A stretch of 64,000 bases of DNA from Mobula hypostoma (taxonomy: Eukaryota): assembly GCF_963921235.1 (NCBI RefSeq), contig NC_086108.1:86926001-86990000 (forward strand), written 5' to 3'. The notes below the pieces were generated by a model, which was not told the origin of the DNA, ran no database searches, and saw nothing but the letters and a program-made list of their open reading frames with translations. Shown here piece after piece: positions 48,761 through 60,879 of this stretch. Position 1 is the first letter of the stretch. The number at the start of each line of letters is the position of its first letter. A program made the translations under genes and the position numbers.

Positions 48761-51536
48761 CGAAGGGTGATTGTTAAGTTTGTGGCCTAAGGTAGAACTA
48801 CTACTACTACTACGTTGACTCAGGCCTAGGGGGTCAGCGTCGGGCACAATGACGGACTTTCTACTTCTCCTCCTCCCTCACCAGTGTGTTCAGTTCATCT
48901 ACATTAGCTGCTCCACTGTCTTCTAGGAGCTTGTTGACCATAGTCTTGGGAGGGCGCCAAGGGTTCATCCTCCCACACTTGGGCTCCCATATGATGACTA
49001 GGCTGGCAGGTAGCTCGAGGTGGCATAGACAGTGCCCCGCTAGTTGCAGTCTTCTCGCCTCGATTTTAGTGGTGAGCATCGGTAGGTCATCATAGAGCTT
49101 GACGTTCATCATGTGCTGTTGCCAACGCACGTCAAGAGCCAACCAGAGCATTCGTGTATAGCAACCATTTAGAGACTTTTGCATAGTCTTGGTGAGTGTC
49201 CATGTCTCGCATCTGTATGTGAGAATGAACTCTATGACTGCTATGAAGATCCTCTTTTTAAGCCCTCTGTTCAGGTTTGACTTCCAGATTTCCTTCATGT
49301 CATTCATAGCCCTCCACGCCAGTGCCTTCCGTATCTTTATGTACTTCTCCAAACTCATCATTCTTGACCCAAGGTACTTGAAGTCAAAGACTTTCTTAAT
49401 GGTATCGTTCTTTATAGTCTTGAGAGTACCTTTGTCACAGTTAAACACCATGTACTCCGTCCTTTTAGCGTTTAGGTGAAGTCCAATTTTATTGCACTCA
49501 ATTTCCACTTTTGTCAGTAGCTGCTGTGCTTCCTCCATCTGGTCAGAGAGCAGGACTATGTCATCTGCAAAATCGAGATCTGTGAGCGTAACTGGTCTGA
49601 CCCTCTTGGTTCATCCTGGTTATATGGTAAAACCAAGCTTGTCATGATCTTTGGTAGCTTGTCGTAGAGCGTAATCAAGGACGATTATAAAGATGTAGGG
49701 TGCCAGAGTGTCTCCTTGCAGCACACTAGCGAGGAGCTCGAACACTGCTGTTTCTCTGTCTGGTGATACAACTTTCGCCATGGTTTTGGTATAGCTGGAC
49801 TCTATTGCTCTCAGTAGATGGTCTGACACTCCGTAAGCTTTCAGGATCTTCAGCATTTTACCTCGGTGAATGGAGTCAAAAGCTTTGCAAAAATCAATGG
49901 AAGTAAGCACGGCTGGTAGGTTGTTCTTCTTGACTTCCTCGATGATTCTACGGACAGCAAGTATTTGCATTACTGTTGTGTGCTTCTGCCAACCATTCTG
50001 ATTGAATCTTAGCTTAGGGTCAATGGAGGTGCAAATTCTGTTCAAGATCATTCGATTGTATAGCTTTGCTAAGATGCAGGTCAAGCTGATACCGTGGTAG
50101 TTAACTGTCTCTGTGAGAGATCCAGACTTGGGGTCTGGGATAATGTTTCAGAGTGACCACTGCTCTGGTTTGTCGTCTTTCATCAGTGCCGTATTACATA
50201 TGTCCAGCAAGATGTCGTCCAGGTCACAGTTCTTTAGGACACCTGGTCGTATCCCACCTGGTCCAGCACTCCTGAGTGCATATTTGGCCTTCTTCAGTTC
50301 CTCAATGGTGAATGGGCCGTCATCAATGTCAACTTGCGTTAGTATCGTGGGTATGTCCTCTCCTTCTTCCGTGATCGTTGAAGGGCTTCCCAGCAAGTTT
50401 TTAAAGTGGGTAAACCATATCTGGACATGGTCCTCTGCTGTTTTACCACTTATTTGACCTGATGGGGACTTCTTCCATCTGCTGATCTCATTGACTAGGT
50501 GCCATGCTTCTCCACGCTGCTTGTCTTCATCAGCAGCCTCTACCTCTCTAATCCTCTCAGCTAGTTCCTCTTCCTTCAGTCAGTCGTAGGTGGCAAAGAG
50601 ATTCTTCTTTGCTGACTTGAACTTGTCTCTAAGCTCTTCTGTTTCGCTCCTTCTAAGTTCGGCATGACAAGCATTGACCACACTTCTTGCTGTGATGACA
50701 TCAGGATGTTTCGAGATCCAGCTCTTCTTGATTCGGTTAACAGTAGGCAAGCTCTTTGTTGTGTCTGTGTGTGCATCTATGAGTCATTGATAATGGCCGG
50801 TAGCAGTCTCTTCCTCCCCCCTTTCCAGTGGGCCGAAGCGATTTCTCACCTCCACTGTGTACTGGGCTTGAAGAACAGGTTGTGAGGAGAATGCCTTCCA
50901 GTCTACCTTCTCCTTCGGACCTGTGGCTTTGGGTTGCCGCAGGCTCAGTCTCACTTGCATTGACACTACTCTGTGGTCAGAACTGACCAAGTTGAAGGTG
51001 CTGTAGGTTTCTGTATTGATAACACAATTACACCATTTTGTTCTTGCGAGGATGTAGTTGAGTTGTTTCCTGTAGATGGAGGCTCTGTTTTCGTATGTCC
51101 ACAGCTTACCAGCTCACTTCTTGAATTATGTGTTGGCGGCAATGAGACTGTGTTCCTGGATGAAATTAACTAGATATTGTCCATTTCTGTTGGTAAAGTC
51201 TTGGTATGAGTATGGAACATCTTCCAGTCTGACCTGGGCATTAAAATGTAGAAGGAGATGAATTATTAACTTCAAACTTTCTGCATAATCATTCAAAGAG
51301 TTGAACTGCACGTGAATGTAACAAGAGCTGTATAACTCATCTCCTTCCACCCTAGGCCATGAACTTATCAATCATCCATGCTGTGGACACTTGCTGGAGG
51401 TCCAAGATCCGTATGCTCCACGACTGCTGGACTAAGTGTGTAAATGTAGGAGGGGACTATGTTGAAAAATAGATGTGCTAGGTTTTCTAAAAAAGACTCC
51501 TTCTACCTTAGGCCACGAACTTATTAATCACCCCCG
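48761..51536. mobile_element. Mariner-type three-TIR MITE interrupted by RTE
   Basis: TA-CGAAGGGTGATTG...AATCACCCCCG-TA; own sequence 48761-48797 and 51248-51536. Confidence 0.85.
48798..51247 (-). mobile_element. RTE-clade LINE, 5'-truncated within the endonuclease
   Basis: TNRNGQYL; SDHRVV; IDFCKAFDSIHR; VLQGDTLAPYIF; DLDFADD; FKYLGS; (TAG)n tail; TSD GTAGAA (48792-48797, 51248-51253). Confidence 0.92.
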
Positions 51537-51599
51537 TATGGCGTGATCTCTATGAGTCAGAAGGTAATGAGGCTTAGAATTCTAAACCTGCTAAGAAAC

Positions 51600-53344
51600 A
51601 GAATCTACAGAAAGTGTGTCCATCCAATGTTGTATACTGGAGTATGGCTTTATTCCATTCCCATCAGATCAGCAATGCCCCATGTGTCTTATTTGTAGTA
51701 CTGTACTGTCTAATGAAGCCATAAAGCTATCAAGACTGCAGGAGCACTTTTGTAAAAGACACCATGAAAAGGCTGCTTATGGTATTATTCAGTTCCAGAA
51801 GATGAAAGAAGGATTTGAAAAGCCTTGCACACATTTTCCAAGAAAGCTAAAAATGACCTTAATATTGGTCTCATTGCTTCTTGCAACATTTCCAAAATGA
51901 TAGTAAAGTGTGGAAAATCTCATTCAATTGGTGAAAGATTAATAATGCCTGCTGTATCAGGAGTACTCAGCACTGTTCTCAAAATGGATTATCAGTATTT
52001 TAAAACCAATTCCTTTCAGTAATTACTCTGTAGCTCATCCTATTGATGAAATGAATGAAGACATTGGGTATCAACTATACACAAAGGTGTAAAACCAGAA
52101 TTTGGGATACAACTGGATGAGTCAACTGTGCGAGACAATGAGGCATTGCTAATGGTTTATCAAATACGGAAAAGTTTATGAAGAGATTCTCCTTTGCAAA
52201 AAGTTAGAAACAACTATCAACACAGAATAAATCTACAATGAGTTCAAAATGTATATTGAGAATAAAAGTATTCTGATTAGGAACATAATTTCTTATGCAA
52301 CAGATGGAGCATCATATATGATAGGTCACCATGCTGGTTTATTGGCATTTATGGAAAAAGAAATTCCAAGTCTGCTTGAAACCCATTGTGTAATTCATTG
52401 CCAACATCTCACGGCCAAAAACCTCAGCCAGTGGCCTTTCTCAAGCATAACTCTTGTAATATCTGTTATCAACAAAATTGAAGTTCATCCATTAAACAGC
52501 GGAATATTTCGTCAGTTATGCCAAGATAATGATGAAGTGCTTGAACGTTTACTTCTTCACACTGAAGTGTGTTGGTTGTCGAAAGACTACTGCTTAAAGT
52601 GTCTCTTTGATCTTTTTGACACTGTGATTGAATTTTTCCTCAAAGTTGACGAGAACTTGTGAAGCAAGATTGAATTTCTATGTGGAGACGAGGCATACCT
52701 AAGCCAATCAGTATGACAAAGTGAACATTTAAATATGAAATTTCAGGGTGGGAATGTCAACTTAATCCAGGAGGAAGTGCAGTGTCCACCTATATCAGAA
52801 AATTGGAAATATATAAGCAAAACATTAGGAGAAGGACGTTCTCACAGTTTCCCTGCAAGGGATGTATGGCACTCTCTTTCACAGATGGAGATTTTCAGGA
52901 GTACTGCTTACACCTGCAGCCACTGAAAAAGGATTTTCAGGATCGATTAAGATTTGAACGATCTGGAAATTCCACATAGGGTAATTAACCCATTTTTTGC
53001 AAGGTGGGAGAACAGGAAGAGAGCTTGCAAGAAGAAATTATTGAAATTCAGAATAATGAAGAAGCCAAAATGCTTTTTAAAAATTTTGGCTTTTCTGGTA
53101 TGTGGCTACATTGTCATACCAAGTTTCCTGGTCTTTGGAGAAGAGCCAAACTGCTCTTCATTGCATATTATTTTCATTCTCCTACCTTGTTGAAAGAGGC
53201 TTCGGTGCAGTGAACCATATACTCACAAAAAACAGAAACCACTTGGACATCATTACATGTGGAGACCTAAGGCTTTTGCTAGCAAAACTTAAACCAGATA
53301 TTTCAACTCTTGCTAAAAACCGTCAAGCTCAAGGATCAGATTGA
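51600..53344 (+). pseudogene. hAT transposase pseudogene (Buster/Charlie, ZBED5/ZBED8-like)
   Basis: BED finger PMCLICSTVLSNEAIKLSRLQEHF..H; QLDEST; ATDGA; HCVIHCQHL; LLLHTEVCWLS; SYLVERGFGAV; many frameshifts. Confidence 0.88.
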
Positions 53345-53599
53345 TATTTCAAGCTGCTGTGCAGTGCACAGTTACTATGTAAGCTAGGTTTAATGACAAA
53401 TAAAAATTTAAAACAGAATCATTTTTCTCATGTTAGTATATGATCGACATATTTTTACACTATGGGGGTGCTGGAAAGTATATTGTGCCTAAGAGGGCAT
53501 TGGCAAGTATGAAGGTGCTTTAGAGGGGTATTGGCAAGTCTGAAAGTACTTTAGAGGGGAGTTGGGCTAAAAAAATGTTGGGAAACAAGGATCTGGAGA

Positions 53600-54915
53600 C
53601 CGTTGTGCATGAAAATCGCAGGAGATCAGCAGCTTCTGAGATACTCAATCCACACCAACAATCATCGTTTCTTTCCCATTCTAATATTTGGTCTGAGTGA
53701 TAACTGAACTTCTTGACCACATCTGCATGTTTTTATGCATTGACTTGCCCCCACATAATTGGCTGATTCTGTAACAGTCTGGTCCGTTGACTCCTCAATT
53801 CAATTAATTTCCTTTTCCCCATGCTCTACGGGGCTCCTTGATTAGGGCATCTGATTTTTATCCGAACCAGCAGCATAAAAACTCCGGCTTACAACTACTC
53901 ACTGCTGGACCATCACCGGGAGCCAGTGCAGCAATGCACCTTCCGGGACATCGAGAATAATGGACCATCTCCTGAGCAGGGCGGTAATGCACAATCCGGG
54001 CCGCCGAGAATAGTGGACTCTAAGTTGCTTCAGTACCTGGGGTTGCCTGGGGAATTCTGTCATTTTCGTGTCCTGCTGAGTGTTGCCAGCCGTTTGCCGC
54101 TGCTCCGGGTCAAGATGTGAATTCTGTCGTTTACCTGTCCCGCTGAGGATTGCTGACCGTTTGCCGTTACTCCAAGTCAGGAACTCTGTCCCTTCGTGTC
54201 AAATTAAGTGATTGCCAGCCGTTTGCTGCTTCAGGTGCTACTCCGTGTCAAGATACCAATTGCCTGTCGTTGTGTGGTTTTGTCGTTTCGTGTCCAGCTG
54301 AGGATTGCGGGTCGTTTGCCCCTACTCCGAGCCAAGATACGAATTGTCTGTCTTTGTTTGATTTTGTCGTCCCGTGTCCAAGTCCGAGTCACAGCTCCAC
54401 GTCCGAGTCTAAGTCCAAGCCCCGGCTCCACGTTCAAGTCCAAGTCTCAGCCCCGGCTCCATGTCTGAGTCCAAGTCCAAGTCCAGTCTCCATGTCCAAG
54501 TCCAGGCTCTGTGTCCGAGTCCAAGTCCGAGACCAGGTTCCGGGTCTGAGTCCAAGTCCAAGTCCAGACTCAGTGTCCGAGTCCAAGTCCGAGACCAGGT
54601 TCTGTGTCCAAGTCCAAGTCCGAGCCTACGCTTCATTTCTGAGTCTAAGTCCAAGTCCAGGTTCCGTGTCTGAGCCCAAGTGCAGGCTCTGTGGCCAAGT
54701 CCAAGTCCAGGTTCCTCCCGTTTGTTGCCCAACGTTTACGTCCATGTAAGAATCTAATCCCCACTCTCCAGTCTTCCTGGTATCTATTAATAAACACACT
54801 TCTGTTAATGTTACCTCCGTGTCTGTGTCCTGCACTTGGGTCCGCTTCCAACCCCCCATTGTAACAGAATCGATATTTGCATTGTACATGTGTAGCTAGT
54901 AAAGTGGTCATTGAT
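53600..54915 (-). mobile_element. Tc1-like element fragment split by a solo LTR
   Basis: 53600-53769 and 54867-54915 match the minus-strand Tc1 copy at 58931-59935. Confidence 0.7.
53770..54866 (+). mobile_element. Large solo LTR (1097 bp) with a (GTCCAA/GTCCGA)n array
   Basis: TGTAAC...GTAACA ends; TSD GATTC/GAATC; AATAAA near 54790; hexamer array 54375-54710. Confidence 0.8.
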
Positions 54916-55492
54916 TGTACAAACCCACCACATCATCTTTGGTGCACCTAGTTGAAGAAATATCTGGCTCTGGTAGAATAATCTCAGTCAATTTGTTCCA
55001 TAAAGTGATCAAAACAAGAATAGAGTTAAAAAGTCACAAAATCAAACTGCGTTGGGGTCCTCAGCCCATCATGTTCACACTAAACTTTTTCCCCAACTAC
55101 ACCAATCCCACTTGCTTGCATTAGGTCTACATCCTTCTATTCCTTACCAATTTAAGTGTCTATCTCAGCACCTCTTAAAGATATTAAGTGTATCTGATTT
55201 TAAAAATAGTAGAGAAAGTATTTAAATTGTTTCTAAATATTTCTGAACATCTAAGTCATTGGGAGGTAACGGAAAAGGTCTAAGACAACATAAGTGGGAT
55301 GATCTGAGCTGGGATCTCCCGAGAAACTCAGACTACTGCATCTCATGTGATGGCCACAGAGCAAAGCCTGCAAGGCACTGAAAACCTTACAGCTGCAAAG
55401 GATGGAACCTAATCAAACCCATTCTTGAGTTTAGTGTCCAAGTCCATGTCTCAGTGTAGGTGGCAACATAAGCAGGTAGAGTGGTAAAGAAT

Positions 55493-55925
55493 GCAAACAC
55501 GAGGAATTCTGCAGATGCTGGGAATTCAAGCAACACACATGAAAGTTGCTGGTGAACGCAGCAGGCCAGGCAGCATCTCTAGGAAGAGGTACAGTCGACG
55601 TTTCGGGCCGAGACCTTTAGTCAGGACTAACTGAAGGAAGAGCTAGTAAGAGATTTGAAAGTGGGAGGGGGAGGGGGAGATCCAAAATGACAGGAGAAGC
55701 CAGGAGGGGGAGGGATGGAGCCAAGAGCTGGACAGGTGATTGGCAAAAGGGATATGAGGATCATGGGACAGGAGGCCCAGGGAGAAGGAAAGGGGGGGGG
55801 GGAAAGACCCAGAGGATGGGCAAGGGGTATAGTCAGAGGGACAGAGGGAGAAAAAGGAGAGAGAGAGAAAGAATGTGTGTATATAAATAAATAACGGATG
55901 GGGTACGAGGAGGAGGTGGGGGAAG
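55493..55925 (-). mobile_element. Penelope-like element 3' end / pLTR
   Basis: Reverse-complement similarity to 3200-3552; hammerhead-like motif at 55593-55628 with CUGACUA in place of CUGACGA. Confidence 0.75.
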
Positions 55926-56351
55926 ATGTATGTCATGCGAATCACTAGGAACAGTAAATACAGGAGTCAGGAAGTCAGTTCTCCTCTGGTTTAGCTGCCG
56001 TTGAAGTATTATGTGCATTTTTGGTTCACTCTGTTATGGGAAGGATGCGGAGGGCTTTGGAGAGGGTGCAGTAGAGGTTTGCCAGGATGCTCCCAGGATT
56101 AAAGGGTTTTAGCTATAAAGGGAGGTTGCACAACCTTGAAGCTGAGGTGAGACCTGATAAAAGTTTATAAAACTATGAGAGGCATAGATAGGGTGGACAG
56201 CCAAGATCTTAATCCCAGGGTAGAGATATTGAATGCTAGAGGGCACAATTATGTTGAGAGGCAGGAAGTTTAAAGGGAGGGCACAAAGTAAAATTTTTTT
56301 ACAGAGAAAATTTCAAGTCGCCCGGGCTGGTAGTGGAAGCAGATACAATAA

Positions 56352-57302
56352 TCAGAATCAGAATCAGAATTAGGTTTATTATGACCAGTATGTGACGTGA
56401 AATTTGTTAACTTAGCAGCAGCATTCAATGCAATACATAATCTAGCAGAGAGAAAAAAATAATAATACTAATAAATAAACAAGTAAATCAATTATTGTAT
56501 ATTGAATAGATATTTTCTAATGTGCAAAAACAGAAATACTGTATATTTTAAAAAAGTGAGTTCGTGTCCAAAGCTTCAATGTCCATTTAGAAATCGGATA
56601 GCAGAGGAGAAGAAGCTGTTCCTGAATCGCTGAGTGTGTGCCTTCAAGCTTCTGTACCTCCTACCTGACGGTAACAGTGAGAAAAGGGCATACCCTTGGT
56701 GCTGGAGGTCCTTAATAAAGGACACTGCGTTTCTGAGACACTGCTCCCTAAAGATGATCTGGGTACTTTGTAGGCTAGTATCCAAGATGTGACTAGATTT
56801 AAAACCTTCTGCAGCTTCTTTCGGCCCTGTGCAATAGCCCCTCCATACCAGACAGTGATGAAGCCTGACAGAATGCTCTCCACAGTACAACTATAGAAGT
56901 TTTTGAGTGTATTTGTTGACTTGCCAAATCTCTTCAAACTCCAAATAAAGTGTAGCCGCTGTCTTGCCTTCTTTATAACTACATCGACATGTTGGGACCA
57001 GGTTAGATCCTCAGAGATCTTGACACCCAGGAACTTGAAACTGCTCACTCTCTCCACTTCTGATACCTCTATGAGGATTGGTATGTTTTCCTTCATTTTA
57101 TCCTTCCTGAAGTCCACAATCAGCTCTTTTGTCTTACTGACATTGAGTGCCAGTTTGTTGCTGTGGCACCATTCCACTAGTTGGCATATCTCACTCCTGT
57201 ACACCCTTTCGTCACCACCTGAGATTCACCCAACAATGGTTGTATCATCAGCAAATTTATAGATGGTACTTGAGCTATGCCCAGCCACACAGTCATACGT
57301 AA

Positions 57303-57371
<69 letters not shown>

Positions 57372-58240
57372 AGTGGACTAAGCACACACCCCTGAGGTGT
57401 GCCAGTGTTGATTGTCAGCGAGGAGGATATGTTACCACCAATTCGTACAGATTGTGGTCTTCCAGTTAGGAAGTCAAGGATCCAATTGCAGAGGGAGGTA
57501 CAAAGGCTCAAGTTCTGCAACTTCTCAATCAGGTTTGTGGGAATAATGGTATTAAATGCTAAGTTATAGTCAATGAACAGCATCCTGACGTAGGTGTCTG
57601 TGTTGTCCAGGTGGTCTAAAGCCATATGGAGAGCCATTGAGATTGCATCTACCAGAGACCTGTTGTGGTGATAGGCAAATTGCAATGGGTCCAGGTCCTT
57701 GCTGAGGCAGGAGTTCAGTCTAGTCATGACCAACCTCTCAAAGCATTTCATCACTGTCGATGTGAGTGCTACCAGGCAATAGTCATTAAGGCAGCCCACA
57801 TTATTCTTCTTAGGCACTGGTATAATTGTTGCCTTTTTGAAGCAAGTGGGAACTTCCATCCGTAGCATTGAGAGGTTGAAAATGTCCTTGAATACTCCAG
57901 CTAATTGGTTGGCACAGGTTTTCAGAGCCTTACCAGCTACTCCATCAGGACCTTCTGCCTTGCGAGGGTTCACTCTCTTCAAAAACAGCCTAATATCAGC
58001 CTCTGAGATGGAGATCACAGGGCCATCAGGGGCAGCAGGGATCTTCATAGCTGTAGTTGTGTTCTCCCTTTCAAAGTGGGCGTAGAAGGCATTGAGTTCA
58101 TCTGGTAGTGAAGCATCGTTGCCATTCATACCACTGGGTTTCACTTTGTAGAAAATAATGTCCTGCAGACCCTGCCAGAACTGCCGTACATCCGATGTCG
58201 CCTCCAACCTCATTCAAAATTCTCTCTTTGCCCTTGAAAT
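56352..58240 (-). mobile_element. Rex1/Babar LINE, 5'-truncated, RT region
   Basis: KAEGPDGV; NDYCLVALTS; DPLQFAY; LFIDYNLAFNTI; GTPQGCVLSPLLY; KFADD; FKFLGV; (AATCAG)n tail. Confidence 0.92.
57303..57366. repeat. (TA)n(TG)n compound microsatellite inside the RT coding region
   Basis: Visible repeat. Confidence 0.95.
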
Positions 58241-58457
58241 GGTGTTCAAGAGGTTTTTAGATAGGCACATGAATATACACAGGATAGTGGGATCTGGATC
58301 TGATACAGGCGAAAGGAATTTGTTTAATTTGGAATCTTCAGAAGTTGTGAAACAACGGGTCTGTTCGTGTCCTATACTGTGTTATGTTATATGTTCTATT
58401 TCCCAAAGAAATGGAAATATTAAGGTCATAATTATCTTGAAAGCAATTTGTAAAGAG

Positions 58458-58835
58458 TCATCGTCATCACCATCATCATCAAGTGCCATGTTGTATGACA
58501 TGAGCGATCGTGGTCTGTGATCACAGTTGTTCTTGGCAAATTTTTCTGCAGAAGTGGTTCACCATTGCCTTCCTCTGGGCAGTGTCTTTACAAGATGGGT
58601 GACCCCAGCCATTATCAATACTCTTCAGAGATTGTCTGCCTGGTGTCAGTGGTCGCATAACTAGGACTTGTGATACTGCTCATACGACCATCCACCACCT
58701 GCTCCATTGGCTTCACGTGACCCTGATCAGGGGACTATGCAGTTGCTACACGTTGCCCAAGGTGACCTGCAGGCTAGCAGAGGGAAGGAGCACTTTACAC
58801 CTTCTTTGGTAGAGCCATATCTCCACCCTGGCACT
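58458..58835 (-). mobile_element. SINE-like element with a (GAT)n tail
   Basis: (CAT)n tail on the plus strand and a GC-richer body with sharp edges. Confidence 0.45.
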
Positions 58836-58930
58836 TTATTTTAAAGAGAGGACAAAGCAAAATACTTACAAAGATGACATCAAGCATTTTAGGAAAATAT
58901 CAACAAGCCTCAACTGACATTACCAGTCTA

Positions 58931-59935
58931 CACTCAGTGGTACCTTTATTAGGTACCTCCTGAACCTGTGGGTATGAACCTGTGGGTATGCCATCATCTT
59001 CCACTACTGTAGCCCATCTACTTCAAGGTTTGATAAGTTGTGCCTTCCGAAATGCTCTTCTGCACACCACTATTGCAACGCATAGTTACTTGAGTTACTG
59101 TCAGCTTGAATCAGTCTGGCCACTCTCTGCTGCCCTCTGTCATTAACAAGGCTTTTTCGCCCTCAGAACGGCTACTCTCTGGATGTTTAATTTCTTTCAC
59201 ACGCCCTTCTCCATAAAGTCGAGAGACTGCAGAGTGTGAAAATTCCAGGAATCAGCAGTTTTTGAGAAACTCAAAGCACCTCATCTTGAATCAACAATCA
59301 TTACATGGTCAAAGTCACTTAGATCACATTTAACCATATAGTATAACCATATAACAATTACAGCACGGAAACAGGCCATCTCGGCCCTTCTAGTCCGTGC
59401 TGAACTCTTACTCTCACGTAGTCCTACTGACTCGCACTCAGCCCGTAACCCTCCATTCCTTTCCTGTCCATATAGCTATCCAATTTAACTTTAAATGACA
59501 GCATCGAACCTGCCTCAGCCACTTCTGCTGGAAGCTCGTTCCACACAGCTACCACTCTCTGAGTAAAGAAGTTCCCCCTTATTTTACCCCTAAAGTTTTG
59601 CCCTTTAACTCTCAGTTCATGTCCTCTTGTTTGAATCTCCCCCACTCTCAATGGAAAAAGCCTATCCACGTCAACTCTATCTATCCCCTTCATAATTTTA
59701 AATACCTCTTTGAAGTCCCCCCTCAACCTTCTACGCTCCAAAGAATAAAGACACAACTTGTTCAACCCTTCTCTGTAGATTACCCCATTCTGATGTTTGC
59801 TCTGAACAACAACTGAACCCCTTAACTATCTCTGCATGCTTTTATGCATTGAGTTGCTGCTACATAATTGGCTGATGAAATAGTTGCATTAACAAGCAGA
59901 GCTATAGGTGTACCTAATAAAGTGGCCACTGAGTG
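58931..59935 (-). mobile_element. Tc1-like element interrupted by CR1
   Basis: TA-CACTCAGTGG...CCACTGAGTG-TA. Confidence 0.85.
59332..59775 (-). mobile_element. CR1 3' fragment
   Basis: LYSLERRRLRGD...TRGHELRV...FFTQRVVAVWNELP; (AACCATAT) tail. Confidence 0.9.
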
Positions 59936-60127
59936 TACAAACCAATCTTTCTTTCTTTCAAAATGTTGTATTTAATATTCTTTGAAATTATCATGGAATT
60001 AATCAGATCATAAAATTTATATTTTGCATTATAGATGTAAACTCTTCTCCTTTTCCTTTATCTAAAATAACAGGATGAGATGCAGTTGTAAGTGCATTGC
60101 TTTAAGGAGACCACACATGGAGTACTG

Positions 60128-60310
60128 CACAAACAAGAGAAAATCTGCAAATGCTGGAAATCCAAGCAACACACACAAAATGCTGGAGGAACTCAGCAGG
60201 CCAGACAGCATCTATGGAAAAGAGTTAGCAGTCCACGTTTCGGGCCAAGACCGTTCATCAGGACTCTTTTCCTGGTCTGCTGAGTCCCTCCAGCATCTTG
60301 TGCGTGTTGA
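60128..60310 (-). mobile_element. Penelope pLTR with a short fold-back arm
   Basis: pLTR sequence; hammerhead-like motif at 60230-60265 (CUGAUGA intact, GUG at the cleavage site). Confidence 0.7.
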
Positions 60311-60722
60311 CAGTATACTGCATGTTGATTTAGTCTTCATACATGGTGAATTCCTGATTTGCAGATGGTACTGAAGGATCTCACTAGACTGATTCCTGGT
60401 CTGAAAGTTTGTGCTGTGAGCAGAAGTAAAGCAAGCCTCTAACATCTGAAGTTCTGAAGAATGAGATGTGAAACATAAGATTCTGAGGGAGATTGGATTT
60501 AGATGCTGAGAGAATGCTCCATTTGCTGGATAGTTTAGAATTAAGGAATTCATCTCAGGATGTTTGAATACATGCTGTGATACATTTCTGACCTAGATAC
60601 TGAACATACTGATTGAAAATGCCAGAGCACTGCTCAAAATATAGAGCCAGGAAACAGTGGGTTCTATTTTCCATAAATAACCAATGTAGTTTGAATTTAA
60701 AAAATGATTGACATGGTATTAA

Positions 60723-60879
60723 AACACACAAAATGCTGAAGGTCCCAATAAAGCGTCTCAGTTACCGAAGTGTCGACTCTTTATTCCTCTCCATAGATAC
60801 TGCCTGACCTGCTGAATTTCTCCTGCATTTTGCGTGTGTTAATCCAGATTTCCAGTATTTGCAGAATCTCTTGTGTTTA
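60723..60879 (+). mobile_element. Penelope pLTR fragment with a short inverted 5' piece
   Basis: 14-bp TSD TGACATGGTATTAA (60709-60722, 60880-60893). Confidence 0.7.

Larger units (their letters stand above)
48562..53590 (+). mobile_element. hAT (Charlie/Buster-type) DNA transposon, full-length but decayed, with nested insertions
   Basis: Ends CAGTCATTCCCAA / TTGGGAAACAAGG; TSD ATCTAGAG / ATCTGGAG; about 32-bp subterminal repeats at 53490-53570. Confidence 0.8.
55935..58400 (+). mobile_element. Old CR1 3' fragment split by Rex1 (own sequence 55935-56350 and 58240-58400)
   Basis: LERVQ..F.RMLPGL; GTGGAAGCAGATACAAT continues after the insert as GTTCAAGAGGTTTTTAGATAGGCACATG. Confidence 0.65.

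Noticed and set aside
51600..53344. Domesticated ZBED5/ZBED8/SCAND3-like host gene
   Set aside because: Many stops and frameshifts, and it is bounded by TIRs and a TSD, so it is a dead transposon.
54150..54911. SPSPSP/VQVQV/LDLDLD repeat ORFs
   Set aside because: Stop-poor hexamer array inside a solo LTR, open in several frames on both strands.
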